From Octopus vulgaris (lineage: Eukaryota), in the NCBI GenBank assembly GCA_951406725.2, contig OX597831.1, positions 63,488,001 to 63,552,000 of the forward strand: a DNA stretch of 64,000 nucleotides. The letters are read 5' to 3'. The position numbers and the translations under genes were made by a program. Shown here in pieces: positions 14,101 through 26,675 of the stretch. Under the pieces are notes generated by a model, which saw only the letters and a program-made list of their open reading frames with translations, had not been told where the DNA came from and searched no databases. The stretch's first letter is position 1. Each line of letters opens with the position of its first letter.

Positions 14101-14800
14101 ATGGTTAAATCTGTCATACATGAGGCAGAAGCTACAGCAGCGCTAGAAGATGATACAACAGATAACAAGACCTATATTGGATTAAGTGAAGTAGGATTTA
14201 AAAATCGCTATGCCAATCACATACCCTCCTTCCGACATAAGGTCAAACGTTAACCATGTGTGAAGTTTGAAATCTAACGCAAAACCTCATATGATTAAGT
14301 GGAAATGACTAAAATATCCACACCTTATGTTAATGGATCAAATAAATGTAAGCTATACTTAGCTGAAAGAGCTCAGATGCTTTTCAGATCTAAGATTCTT
14401 AACTCAGTTCTGAGCACTAGATCTGAAATTTTCAGTGGTTGTAAACATATGTCTAAGTACATTTTGAAGAAATGGAAAATTCTGCCAATCCCTGATTAAT
14501 TTATTGATAGCTTTCAAGCCTTTTACCTTTTTTACTTTTCACTTTTTACTTTTTCACTTGCAGTTTTTCGTTTTCCGTTTTTTAACCTTCCACGTTTTCT
14601 ATATGCTTCCTTCTCAACTCATCGCGTTTCCACTCTTATTCAATTTTTAGTTTATTATGCTATGTGGTTTGTGCCTGATGAATATTTTTGAGGTATGAAA
14701 CTATTAGTAGCACATAAAACCATGTTTTGTGTCTATAAGATAATATTTATCTCTCACCAAATAGAGTACTGTTTTTTGTTGATCTTACCATCACGGAACT
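14101..14800 (+). mobile_element. Penelope-like element 3' part (GIY-YIG endonuclease remnant plus pLTR)
   Basis: 'KTYIGLSEVGFKNRYANHIPSF' and 'PYVNGSNKCKLYLAE...LSTRSEIFSGCKH' are PLE GIY-YIG/C-terminal motifs. An HHR lies downstream. Confidence 0.85.
14665..14722 (+). ncRNA. Minimal type-I hammerhead ribozyme, canonical core
   Basis: tgtgc-CTGATGA-atattt(ttg)aggtat-GAAA-ct(att)ag-TA-gcaca. Stem I extends via tggttt/aaacca. Confidence 0.8.
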
Positions 14801-14949
14801 GTACATTGTGTGTGTGTATGTGTGTGTGTGTGTATATGTGTGTGTGCGTGTTTGTGTGTGTGTGTGTGTACGTGCATAGATATACATGTTTTCTGTCCTT
14901 TCTTAATTTAGAATAAATTTTGATCAGCCACCTACTTGGTAACAAAGTT

Positions 14950-15720
14950 CTGAATGAAAGCATCTTGTTTTAGTTATCATCCTTTAAGTCGTAAGCTGTC
15001 TTGCAGATGTTTGTAGTCCCAGACATCGTGATCATGTTTAGTGCATGAATTAAGGGTATTCCTTGTCGCCCCAAGATCCCAAGTTTAGACATACTTTGCT
15101 CCAGACGAGCTTATACGTATCCCGTTGCTCCTGTAATAAAAGTCTATCTTGGGTGGTAGTGGATTAGCAAACTCCTTATCAATGTCCCGATGTCCTCTTT
15201 CTCTTGTAATTTCGTAACCACATTGGTATCCAGAGGGCAGCTGATTTCCACAGCAGAACATATCATTTCCTTGCCTCACACAACAATACTAGACAGGGTG
15301 CGTTTTAATTTGGTTTCAACATCGTCAACTTCGTTCGTAGGTGTTTTCATTTTTGTTATCCTGTTCCAGATAGTTATGGCCATTGCATCACGCTTCATGA
15401 GAAGATAATATCTGGAAGGCATTCTCTCGCAGTTGGCAATAATGTGGTCTATATCTTCTGTCTTGGTCTTGCACAACATATATTTGTTGTCTGTCAACAT
15501 TTTCTGACCTTTCAGCTGCAGTTACAGGGTTGGGATCTGTTGTTCTTGAATTGCATAGAGGTAGCCTTTGATGTCAAGTTCTACGGTTTGTGTTGTATAT
15601 GCCAAGTACACATGTACTGCTTCTCAGTGAACTGGTCCATTTTTGAATTCTGTACTCCTAAAAGATAAATTTTACCCACGCTCCTTATTTGTGAGAGATC
15701 TGTACCAGCTGTAATCTACC
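14950..15720 (-). mobile_element. R4/Dong-like (restriction-like endonuclease) LINE 3' fragment
   Basis: 'KYMLCKTKTEDIDHIIANCERMPSRYYLLMKRDAM' is a decayed CCHC knuckle plus RHD motif, followed by a VEISCP-type RLE region. Confidence 0.7.
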
Positions 15721-15907
15721 AACCCATGCATATATGTATGTACGAATGTATGTATGTACGCATGTATGAATATACGTATATATGTGCGTATGTGTGTATG
15801 TATGTATGTATGTATGTATGTATGTATGTATGTATGTAGGCTAGTTCAATATTCGAATATTTCTAAGTACAGCTTATATAAAAGCAATTATATATATATA
15901 TTTATAT

Positions 15908-16733
15908 AGAAGTTTACCTATCAAGGCTCTACCGTCACCTACAACCTATCCCTTGATGCTGAGCTCAATATACGCATTAGCAAGGCAGCTGCTCTGATGG
16001 CCCAACTCTCCAAACGAGCATGGGACAACAATAAGCTGATCAAGACCACAAAAATGAAGATTTACCAGGCATATGTACTTAGCACTCTACTGTATGGAAG
16101 TGAGACTTGAACGCCATACACACGCCAAGAGCGTCGCCTAAATATCTTTCACCTGCGCTGCATCCGGAAAATCCTTCGCATCAAATGGCAGAATCATGTC
16201 CCCAACAAAGATGTCCTCAAACAAGAAGGAATACCAAGCATGTTTGCACTCCTCACACAAAGACGTATGAGATGGATTGGACATGTTAGCCGTATGGCAG
16301 AATCCCCAAGGACATACTCTACAGAGAGCTTGCTAGGGTTAATATGTCTGTGGGAAGACCGTTCTTACGAGACAAGGATGTTTGCAAAAGGGACGTGAAT
16401 GCCTGCAACATCAATATTACCAACTGGGAAGCAGTTGCCAGCAACTGTGGAGATAGGCGACGTAACGTAAAAGAGGGAACACAAAGGAGTGACAGAGGGA
16501 GAGAGGAGAAATGGAAAGACAATAAAAGACGTCAACAAGAAACTATGACATTACAACCAGCCAGGCAAAGTCTTCACTACATTTGTGGCACCTGCCAGAG
16601 GGAGTGTTTGTCCAGGATAGGACTACACAACCACAGCAGGAGATGTATTAGGACATGAAATGTAAAAGCCGGACTAGATTATTTTATGCGCAACTCAATT
16701 ATCTCCCGAGACAAAAAGGATGCCAACAGCAAC
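15908..16733 (+). mobile_element. RTE-clade LINE 3' fragment with C-terminal Zn finger
   Basis: STVTYNLSLDAELNIRISKA...IYQAYVLSTLLYGSET...RMRWIGHVSRM..RIPKDILY...CGTCQRECLSRIGLHNHSRRC, then the short tail 'gatgccaacagcaac'. Confidence 0.9.
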
Positions 16734-17069
16734 ATATATATATATATACATTTCTATGAAACTATCTAATCACAATATGTATATAATGTAACATCTATAG
16801 CTATACAAATAAGTTAAACATGTCAGACCACGCACTCATCATATGTTCCATTATATTGAAGTATGTACATTCACATGCAATTGTAGAGTTAAACTTTGAC
16901 TGTAGACTAAAATTTGGTCGTATTGAAGTAATTAAACATGAATTAACATGTGAACAAAACTATCACGGCTAAATGTATGACCATTTGCTCAAAATCGTGA
17001 TTATAACTAGAGTGTTCAAAGGATTTACTGCCTCAATAAAAAATTATATATGGCATATACACAATGTTG

Positions 17070-17290
17070 TGGAGGCGCGTGGCTTAGTGGTTAGGGTGTC
17101 AGCATCATGATCGTAAGATTGTGGTTTCGATTCCTGGACCGAGCGACGCATTGTGTTCTTGAGCAAAACACTTCATTTCACGTTGCTCCAGTCCACTCAG
17201 CTGGCAAAAATATGTAACGCTGCAATGGACGCCATAGAAACCGGGAATCCGGGCCCATGAGCCTGGCTAGGCTTTAAAAGGGCGTATTTA
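17070..17290 (+). mobile_element. SINE family D
   Basis: tRNA-like head 'ggcgcgtggcttagtggttagggtg...ggtttcgattcctgga' and CORE-like 'cttgagcaaaacacttcatttcacgttgctccag'. Confidence 0.8.
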
Positions 17291-17989
17291 TTTTTATTAT
17301 ATACGCAATGCTAGCTTAAATATTTTAGTTTTATGAAGACTGTGGAATATGAAACATCTAGAATTAAATTTAAGCCGCAGTCCCTTATGTAACAAAATTA
17401 TCAAATGTAAAATGATACATTTATCAGGAAATTTCGAAACATTTATCAGGAAATTTCGAAACCAACGAACTTAAGTAGTCGTAAGCAAATTGCCAATAAG
17501 AGATACATGCTACTATAATATAAATTTATATACCAAGCCTAATAAAATGCAACCGATGCGTTCTTATGTGGTCAACGACAATTCGCCACAAATTCAAACT
17601 TTCTTTGAACAAAAAGATGAATACCGAAGTCTTTCTCACATCTTAAAAGTGTTATGATGCAACAAGTAGAAACATGTTGACTTCAAAGACAGTTCATTCA
17701 AATCGACTAATAACAAAAGCGCCTTCCTCCTTGAATTTAATGTAGTAAACGAAATAGCAGGAAATTACCTAAATGGTACCCACGCAAAAGGGTTAAAACA
17801 ATTTACGAGTCTCTAACTGTCCTGATGTCTGTGACTTCAGACATAATGCTAACTTATTGCAAAGAGATGAAACTACATAATCAACATACAAGAAACGTAT
17901 GTGTATGTGTGTGTGCGCGTGTGCTGTGTATGTGCGCGTGAGGGTGTGTTCTGTGTGTATGTATGTTTGTGAGTGTCTATATGTGAGTG

Positions 17990-18235
17990 AACGTGCATGG
18001 TTTAGTGGTTAGAGTGTTCTTGTCACGATTACAGGATCGTGGTTTCAATTCCCAGCCCGGATATTGTGTTGTGTTCTTGAGCAAAACACGTCGTTTCACG
18101 TTACTCTGCAACCAATTAGTCATCTGGCATGAGACGCGTCGTGCATCAGTACAGGTGATGTAGATTCCATGGAGGAACTGAGCTCATGTGAACACAAACA
18201 CTTGATCACTATAAACAAATCAACTACATGGTTTT
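17990..18235 (+). mobile_element. SINE family D (diverged)
   Basis: 'catggtttagtggttagagtg...ggtttcaattcccag...cttgagcaaaacac'. Confidence 0.65.
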
Positions 18236-18298
18236 TCAGCAAGAATTTGCAGAATCCTATCCGCATATGTCGTATATACACAATATGTATGTATATAT

Positions 18299-18386
<88 letters not shown>

Positions 18387-18589
18387 ATAGATAGATAGCT
18401 ACATACATACATACATACATACATACATACATACATACATACATGTATATATTATGTATATATAGAGATAATTGAGATTTAGTTGAATTAGGTATTTAAG
18501 TTAAAGCACCAAGTCAGTATGGTATTTTCCGTAGAACTCAAACTAATGTGAATAAAATCAAAATTAACAATAGCATATCAAGAGGTAAT

Positions 18590-18673
18590 GCAGTACGGCC
18601 GTTTCAAGCGACTCCATTTAATTGAACAATGCAATCATTAGATCAATTTAAATGCAGGGCTATCCTCAGCTGC
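18590..18673 (-). ncRNA. Type-I hammerhead ribozyme with long stem II
   Basis: Minus strand: gcag-CTGAGGA-tagc...gctt-GAAA-cggccg-TA-ctgc. Stem III is palindromic. Confidence 0.7.
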
Positions 18674-18745
18674 TCGAATATTAGAGAATTTTAGTAAAAT
18701 TATATTAATGTGTCCAACTGATTTAAACATTTTCTATTTAATTAT

Positions 18746-18820
18746 GCAGCTGAGGATAGCCCAGCATTTAAATTCATGTAATGATTGTATTTTTCAATTA
18801 AATGGTGCCGCCTAAAACGG

Positions 18821-18823
<3 letters not shown>
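18746..18823 (+). ncRNA. Decayed inverted copy of the 18590-18673 hammerhead
   Basis: gcag-CTGAGGA-tagcccagcatttaaatt...caattaaatggtgccgcct-AAAA-cggtca. GAAA is mutated and the copy is truncated by (TA)n. Confidence 0.55.
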
Positions 18824-18877
<54 letters not shown>

Positions 18878-18905
18878 CATATATATATATACATTTATAT
18901 GTATA

Positions 18906-18959
<54 letters not shown>

Positions 18960-20399
18960 TATCGTGTTTATCTGCATCACTAACTCTCCCTATAGGTGTG
19001 TGTATATATACACATATATGCATACATACGTAAATTCATCGTACATTCACATATATATATATATGTGTGTGTGTATATATATATTACATATATGTATATA
19101 CGTGTGGGGTGTATGTGCGTGGCGGTGTGTTAAGCATTCCTCAGTGTTTCGTAATTACGCAGCGTAACGCTTGAAATAATTTCAAGAAGAACCAGAAATA
19201 TTCGAAGAGTTACTGGAAAAGTAACTTGAAGGAAAAAAATTAAAAATTTTAAACTCAAAATTTTGTTGGTTCACACAACAAATTAGAGCCGGCCAATTGT
19301 GTGTGTGTTATAAATGCGAAATGCCGAATAGACTTTTTGCCAGCTATCCTAAATCCTTTTATTATATAATACACATTCTCTGTAAAAGACACCTATTAAA
19401 GGAACCAGTGAGAAGCTGATGGAAATGTATATGGGGAGAAAATTAGAAGTCCAACATTCCGAATAAATATTAGATAATCCCCAGGAACACCTGGGGTATT
19501 TATTCAAGAATCCCACCATTTATTTCTGAGAATTCGTAACTGTGAATGGAAACAACACTAGCGATATGATAGACGATCCCAAGTCCGGAAATCTATTCTT
19601 TATTTCTCATTGAAAGAAATAACAAAAGCATTCTCCCAATAGCATTATAAGAACGCAGGTTAACCGAATGATGGACTTCGTTTCGCAAACATAAGATCCC
19701 GGATTCGATGTCCTGCATGGCTTCTTGAGCAATTGTCTTTTGCCAAAGCTTCGATTAAACCTACGCTTTTTAATGGAAAATAAAAATTGTATAGATAGAA
19801 ACTATGTTGAAGCTCTTCGGGTAGATTATACGAATCAGAAATTGTGTGGGTCTGGGTCGGCTTATGAATTAAGAAAAGGATAGACATGCATGTGCAATAC
19901 TCAACTACTTTCATGATAACTAAATAATTATTATTCAGTTATTTTGTTATCAAACATACTTATAATATTTATCAAAGAAGTAATTGTTTATCTCCGAAAC
20001 TTACGAATGACCCGTCATATTATGATACCTGAGAATCAGAAATAAGTATATACTTGTACAGACCAGCTACTAATCTAAAACAAAAGCAAGAGTGAAGGAA
20101 TAGAAAGGTAAACTAAGAAGCGCAAGCTATATTGTGGATCAACTACTAGAAAGTTTATAACAGTATATCACAAGGACTATCAATGTACTTCAAAAATCCT
20201 GAGTGCGAAAGGCACAACCAGAGTTCTGGTATATATTAAGTGCGTATACCACAGGTGTAGACTTAAAGTATATGGATGTGTACACATGCATAAGTCAAAT
20301 CATACGGATCATCAGATGCATATTAAAAATCTATGCATAGGTGTGCATATGGTTTTATATTTTTAGTCCTTAAGGTGAATATGGCCGAATAGTGCTCCC

Positions 20400-20570
20400 T
20401 GGAAAGGACGTTGGACCGATGCAGAGTTTCTAACTTTTAGCAGCTGTGAGGTCTAGAGCAACGTAAAATGAAGTGTTTTGCTCAAGAACAAAACGCATCG
20501 ACTGGTCCAAAAATCGAACCCATAATCTTACGATCATGGGTCCAACCCCCTAACACCTATGACATTTGCC
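20400..20570 (-). mobile_element. SINE family D (diverged)
   Basis: 'gagcaacgtaaaatgaagtgttttgctcaagaaca...aatcgaacc...ccctaac'. Confidence 0.6.
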
Positions 20571-20990
20571 TCCACTAATTCGTCTATCAATGTTTATGTT
20601 CTGTTGTTACAATTATAATAAACTCAGGTCTTCTGTTCCACTCTTTTCCAATAAAGGAGCGATATCTAATGGCCATTATTTTAACTTGTTTCTTATATAT
20701 CACTCTGTAAAAACCAGTTTATATGGAACCCATCAACAGATTTACAATAGAGAATTGTGATGAACCATAACATGGAACCCTAGCAAAAGATTAATTGAAG
20801 TTGTTCACTAATCTAACTAATTTTGTTAGCCTGGTGTGCCAACAGAGAGGTTATGGAGTGTTTTGCTCGGATTGATAACCCCCCACCCTCCAGCATGACC
20901 GCAGTCAAATGACTGAAACAAGTAAAAGAGTAAAAGAGTAAAAGAGTAAAAGAGTAAAAGAGATGTGTGTGTGTGTGTGTGTGTGTGTGT

Positions 20991-21299
20991 AGGCGCAATG
21001 GCTCAGTGGTTAGGGCAGCGGACTCGCGGTCGTAGGATCGCGGTTTCGATTCCCAGACCGGGCCTTGTGAGTGTTTATTGAGCGAAAACACCTAAAACTC
21101 GATGAGGTTCCAGCAGTGGGTGGTGGCGATCCCTGCTGTACTCTTTCGCCACAGCTTTCTCTCACTCTTTCTTCTGTAGGCCTGTTCGCTTAGTCAGCCG
21201 GGTGGCGTCATTTAAAGGCTAAAACAATGCGAAGCGCATTGTGACCAGTGATGTGTAGCAACATCTGATAGCCTGGTCGGTCACGTGATCACGTGATCC

Positions 21300-21303
<4 letters not shown>
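20991..21303 (+). mobile_element. tRNA-derived SINE, family C
   Basis: Head 'ggcgcaatggctcagtggttagggcagcggactcgcggtcgtaggatcgcggtttcgattcccaga' and tail repeat (cacgtgat)n. Confidence 0.85.
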
Positions 21304-21332
<29 letters not shown>

Positions 21333-21336
<4 letters not shown>

Positions 21337-21373
21337 CCGATGAAGGACAATGATCCTGAAATACGTGTCCCTA
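21333..21373 (+). ncRNA. Minimal type-I hammerhead (CCGAUGA core), copy 1
   Basis: tagg-CCGATGA-agga(caatga)tcct-GAAA-tacgtg-TC-ccta. Confidence 0.75.
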
Positions 21374-21690
21374 GATGCAGCTCCGGCGGCCGGGGGTGTT
21401 TGTCTCCCCTTCGTAAATGTATATAAGGAGACAGGGGAAAATGTGTCAAAGCCATCAGGAGGCGTCGATGCTTCCTAGGGCTATACAGCGGTGGTGTACC
21501 CCCTACTGTCACGTTCGTGTTAGATTTACAGTATACAACCATTCTATCGCCCCACCACCGTACATGTCTACGAGAGATTTAGAAATTTAGTATTTCTTAT
21601 TTTGATAATCAGTGAATAGACTTCACTGAATTATAGATATATACAATACGAAGTCGAGACAAATATCGCCAGCTGACCGGTGTTTGCTAC

Positions 21691-21735
21691 TCTAGGCCGA
21701 TGAAGGACAATGATCCTGAAATACGTGTCCCTAGA
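21691..21735 (+). ncRNA. Minimal type-I hammerhead (CCGAUGA core), copy 2
   Basis: tctagg-CCGATGA-agga(caatga)tcct-GAAA-tacgtg-TC-cctaga, with a 6-bp stem I. Confidence 0.8.
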
Positions 21736-21925
21736 TGCAGCTCCGGCGGCCGGGGGTGTTTGTCTCCCCTTCGTAAATGTATATAAGGACACAGGGGAAA
21801 ATGTGTCAAAGCCATCAGGAGGCGTCGATGCTTCCTAGGGCTATACAGCGGTGGTGTACCCCCTACTGTCACGTTCGTGTTAGATTGACAGTATACAACC
21901 ATTCTATATATATATATATATATAT

Positions 21926-22255
21926 ACGAGGAAAATGCCCCACGTCCAATGGACGGTGCTGAGTTGTCAAACATTTAAATCAAATTTTCTCAAAAAAACG
22001 GCCTCCTCTTTGAGAATACCATTTTTCTCGCGTACGCGTAGTATCGATCGCAACAACTGATGTACTTCTGCGTACAAATGCACGTTCCTACGGCTATATC
22101 GATCGCATTCTCACCTGGAATCGATTTTTGTAATTTTTTCAAGATTTATACACGCCCTGATACCGTCAGTATCAACATATTAAATTTGAGCGTAATCGGA
22201 TGGAGGATGCCCGAAATCCTAGAAGACACAGACAGAACGGATTTTATATAATCGA
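21926..22255 (-). mobile_element. Probable non-autonomous Helitron-like element
   Basis: Subterminal hairpin 'cgtccaatggacg' near a minus-strand ...CTCGT end, with 'acagacaga...ttttatata' at the other end. A second partial copy lies at 22751-22820. Confidence 0.45.
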
Positions 22256-22352
22256 TATATATGCAGACATACATTATATATATATATATATATATGCATA
22301 GATATATATGTATGTATACTAACATATATATAAAAATGTGTTATCTCTCTCA

Positions 22353-22400
<48 letters not shown>

Positions 22401-22701
22401 CAGTGACAGCTGATGATAGGGGTTTTTTCCTTGTGTAGTATGTCCTGTACTCTGTTTTTCTGTTGTAAAAAAATGGTTTTTCCGTTTTCGTTTCTCGTTG
22501 AGTTCTACGTCTAGTTGTAGTGTCCTGTACTCACGTATATATATTTATATATGCATGTATATATACATGTAGATGTAGGTACGTACATATATGTTTGTAT
22601 GTATGCATATATTTTATCTATTACACTATTGTTTGACAGCGCCTTCGCGTCGGGTTCGATTCGATTCGTTCGCTTCGTTCCCTTCTTTATTCTCCCAGTA
22701 C

Positions 22702-22753
<52 letters not shown>

Positions 22754-23114
22754 GAGCAAAATACCACCCGTCCAATGGACGATGCTGAGTTGTCAAACAT
22801 TTAAACCAAATTTTCTCAAAACAACTTGTCCGACTGTCCCATATATATACCTAATATATACGTTTTTATGATTATTTTGCAATTTACTTAATCATTGGTA
22901 TATTATTGTTATTTTGCTTTTAATATTTCTATTATTTGTAATTTTCTAGATGGTGTAATTTAATTGTTCATTTTGAATTGATAAAAGGTGTTTTTTTTTC
23001 TAATTTTTATATATATTTTATATTTTGTGAAATTTGATTTAGTATTTCTAAATTGAATTTTTTCCCCGTAAGTTAGGAATAATATTCCCTCAAATAATTA
23101 CCAAACTAACATAT

Positions 23115-23270
<156 letters not shown>

Positions 23271-23333
23271 CATACACTTATGCTGCATACATACATAGGA
23301 CTGCCCGATTGATGCTAAATTGCAATCAAAAAG

Positions 23334-23562
23334 ACGGCGAGCTGGCAGAAACGTTAGCACGCTGGGCCAAATGCTTACCGGTATTTCGTCTGCTGCTACG
23401 TTCTCAGTTCAAATTCCGCCGAGGTCGACTTTACCTTTCATCCTTTCGGAGTCGATAAATTAAGTACCAGTTACGCACTGCGGTCGATGTAATCGACTTA
23501 ATCCGTTTGTATGTACTTGTTCGTCCCTTCTGCGTCTAGCCCCTGTGGGTAGTAAAGAAATA
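23334..23562 (+). mobile_element. SINE family B, full length with 20-bp TSD
   Basis: TSD 'gctaaattgcaatcaaaaag' at 23314-23333 and 23563-23582. Confidence 0.9.
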
Positions 23563-23794
23563 GCTAAATTGCAATCAAAAAGCTTTCTGTTTTAAATTAG
23601 AAACCAGCTCTTTCTTCACTGAGAAATTTGAGAAAGAAAGACACATGCAAAAATACATAAATACATACAAGTGTACATATAAACATACATACATGCGTAC
23701 ATTATACACGAATATATATGTTTAAACTTACTTTAAATATATACACACACAGCTGATAAATAATCCAAATGCATATAAATTCATGCCAATGTGT

Positions 23795-23867
<73 letters not shown>

Positions 23868-24026
23868 TATACCCACTCACGCAATTTTTCTACTCATTTA
23901 TTTGCATTAGAAAGAAGACTTCTAATGCAGATATATGTAACATAGGCACACATGTGCATACAAAGGTATGTATACGCGTATATAAACGAATACGTATGTC
24001 TATATATATATATATATATGTGTGTA

Positions 24027-24057
<31 letters not shown>

Positions 24058-24059
24058 AA

Positions 24060-24102
<43 letters not shown>

Positions 24103-24782
24103 AATATATATATATATACATACATATATATATATATATATAAATATATATATACATATATGTATATATAATACACATACATACACAAACACATGTATAT
24201 ACACACACGTATATACCCATTCACACGCTATATATATTTTTTTTAATTTATTTGTTTGCATTAGCAAGAAGACATTATCTGAAGGTGAATCTGTCGAACA
24301 TGACACCAGACGTGACAAGTGTGGATGCTTCTATCAATGTTTATGTTATGTTGTTACAATTACAATACAAACATGTCTTCGGTTTCACTTTGCTTAGATT
24401 CCAGAGAATAAAACAAACTGTATATTTGATTTAAAATGGACGCGAAGTAATATCTTGTGTGTTTGTGAGGGAGATCTGAGCGAAAAGAATTAATTTTAGT
24501 TGCTGTTGTTGTCATCGTTGTTATTTGGCTCCCAGCTAGATTTGATGGAGCGGATCGAAAGGCATTCCAATCATACTTGCTTTTTCAAATTTAATGTATC
24601 CCAGGCTACAATGTATTCTTTACTTTTAAGACAACTCGATGTGTTTTGTGGTAGATTTAGCTGCCATTTCTAGTTGGTTGAATGACATTGTCAAGCTCCG
24701 ACCTAGGTTCTGGTGTCGGTTTCAAATTTTTGCACAAAGCCAGCAGTTCTAAGGGAGAGGTAAGTTGATTACATTCAACACT

Positions 24783-25078
24783 CTTACTCTTTTAATTGTT
24801 TCAGTCATTTGACTGTGACCATGCTGGAGCACCGCCTTTAGTCGAGCAAATCCACCCCAGGACTTTGTAAGCCTAGTACTTATTCTATCGGATCTCTTTT
24901 GCCGAACCGCTACGCTACAAGGACGAAAACACACCAGCATCGGTTGTGATCCACTCACAAGGCTTTGGTCGTCTTGAGACTATAGTAGAAGATACTTGCC
25001 CAAGGTGCCACGCAGTGGGACTGAATCCGGAACCATGTGGTTGGTAAGCAAGCTACCTACCACACAGCCACTCCTACG
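24783..25078 (-). mobile_element. SINE family A with internal deletion
   Basis: Head and tail match 1111-1520, but the central microsatellite segment is absent. Confidence 0.85.
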
Positions 25079-25099
25079 CTTACTGATATCTCTTTAATA

Positions 25100-26675
25100 T
25101 TAGTACTCAACTGGCACTTATTTTATCGACCCCGAAATGATGAAAGTTAAAGTCGACCTCGGCAGAATTTGAACTCAGAATTTAAAGACCAAAGAAATAC
25201 CGCAAAGCATTTTGTCCGGCGTGCTAACGATTCTGCCAGCTCACCGCCATCATCTTGCCTTTAATATTCGTTTCAAATTTTGGCACAAAGCCTGCAATTT
25301 TGGGAAGTGGATAACTCCATTACATCGCTCCATGTGTTCAACTAGTACTTATTTTATTGATACCGAGAGGATGAAACGCAAAATTGACCTCGGCGGAATT
25401 TGAACTCCCAACGTAAAGACGAAAGAAATGCTGCAAAGCATTCTTTCCGGCGTTCTATAGATTATAACAGCTAGCCACCTTCAACGTGGCTCCAATATTC
25501 TTTTCTATTCTTAGGCACAAGGCCCGACATTTTAAGGGAAGAGGCCAGTCGATTGGATCGACCCCAGTAATTGTACTGCATTTATCGATCCCGAAAGGAT
25601 GAAAGGCAAAGTCGACCTCAGCGGAATTTGAACTCAGAACATAAAGACAGACGAAATACGCTGAGCATTTCGCCCGGCGTGCAAACGTTTCTTATTTCTT
25701 TATTGCCCATAGAGGGGACAAACAAGGACAGGCAAAGGGATTAAATCAATTACATCGATCTCAGTGCGTAACTGGTACTTAATTTATCGATCCCGAAAGG
25801 ATGAAAGGCAAAGTCGACCTCAGCGGAATTTGAACTCAGAACATAAAGACAGACGAAATACGCTGAGCATTTCGCCCGGCGTGCAAACGTTTCTTATTTA
25901 TTTATTGCCCATAGAGGGGACAAACAAGGACAGGCAAAGGGATTAAATCAATTACATCGATCTTAGTGCGTAACTGGTACTTAATTTATCGATCCCGAAA
26001 GGATGAAAGGCAAAGTCGACCTCTGCGGAATTTGAACTCAGAACGTAAAGACAGACAAAATACGATGGACGTTTCGCCCGGTGTGCTAACGTTTCTTATT
26101 TCTTTACTGCCACAAGAGGGGACAAACAAGGACAGACAAACGGATTAAGTCGACCCCAGCGCGAAACTGGTACTTATTTAATCGACCCCGAGAGGATGAA
26201 CGTCAAAGTCGACCTCTACGGAATTTGAACTCAAAACGTAACGGCAGACAAAATACCTATTTCTTTACTACCCACTAGGAGCTAAGCATAGAGTGGACAA
26301 ACAAGGACAGACAAACGGATTAAGTCGATTATATCGACTCCAGTACGCAACTGGTACTTAATTTATCGACCCCAAAAGGATGAATGGCGAAGTCGAGCTC
26401 GATGGAATTTGAACTCAGAACGTAAATGCAGACGAAATACCTATTTCTTTACTAACCACAAAGGGCTAAACACAGAGAGGACAAACAAGGACAGACACAC
26501 GGATTAAGTCGATTACATCGACCCCAGTGCGAAACTGGTACTTAATTTATCGACCCCCAAAAGGATGAAAGGCAAAGTCGACCTCGGCGGAATTTGAACC
26601 CAGAGAGTAACGGCAGACGAAATACGGCTACGCATTTCGCCCGGCGTGCTAGCGTTTCTGCCAGCTCGCCGCCGT
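25100..26675 (-). repeat. Head-to-tail array of SINE family B units
   Basis: About 8 recurrences of 'gaaaggatgaaaggcaaagtcgacctc.gcggaatttgaactc'. Units are about 165-235 bp, and the main 25510-26675 run has one complete head, at 26675. Confidence 0.85.

Larger units (their letters stand above)
21333..21907 (+). mobile_element. ORF-less partial tandem (about 1.6 x 360 bp) with two hammerheads; retrozyme-like or non-autonomous Penelope-like element
   Basis: 21333-21547 and 21693-21907 are about 215-bp direct repeats differing at about 2 nt. Each starts with an HHR, and the element is flanked by (TA)n on both sides. Confidence 0.75.

Noticed and set aside
17417-17461. 22-bp tandem duplication (acatttatcaggaaatttcgaa x2)
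   Set aside because: An ordinary slippage duplication with no further structure.
20991-21062. tRNA-like sequences (also at 1111, 17070, 55050, 63415)
   Set aside because: They continue into SINE bodies and lack a proper acceptor stem, so they are SINE heads rather than tRNA genes.
22405-22450. CTGATGA at the start of a repeat
   Set aside because: No downstream GAAA or stem III.
25500-26675. CRISPR-like regular repeats
   Set aside because: The units are about 200 bp of SINE sequence with no unique spacers or cas genes, in a eukaryotic context.
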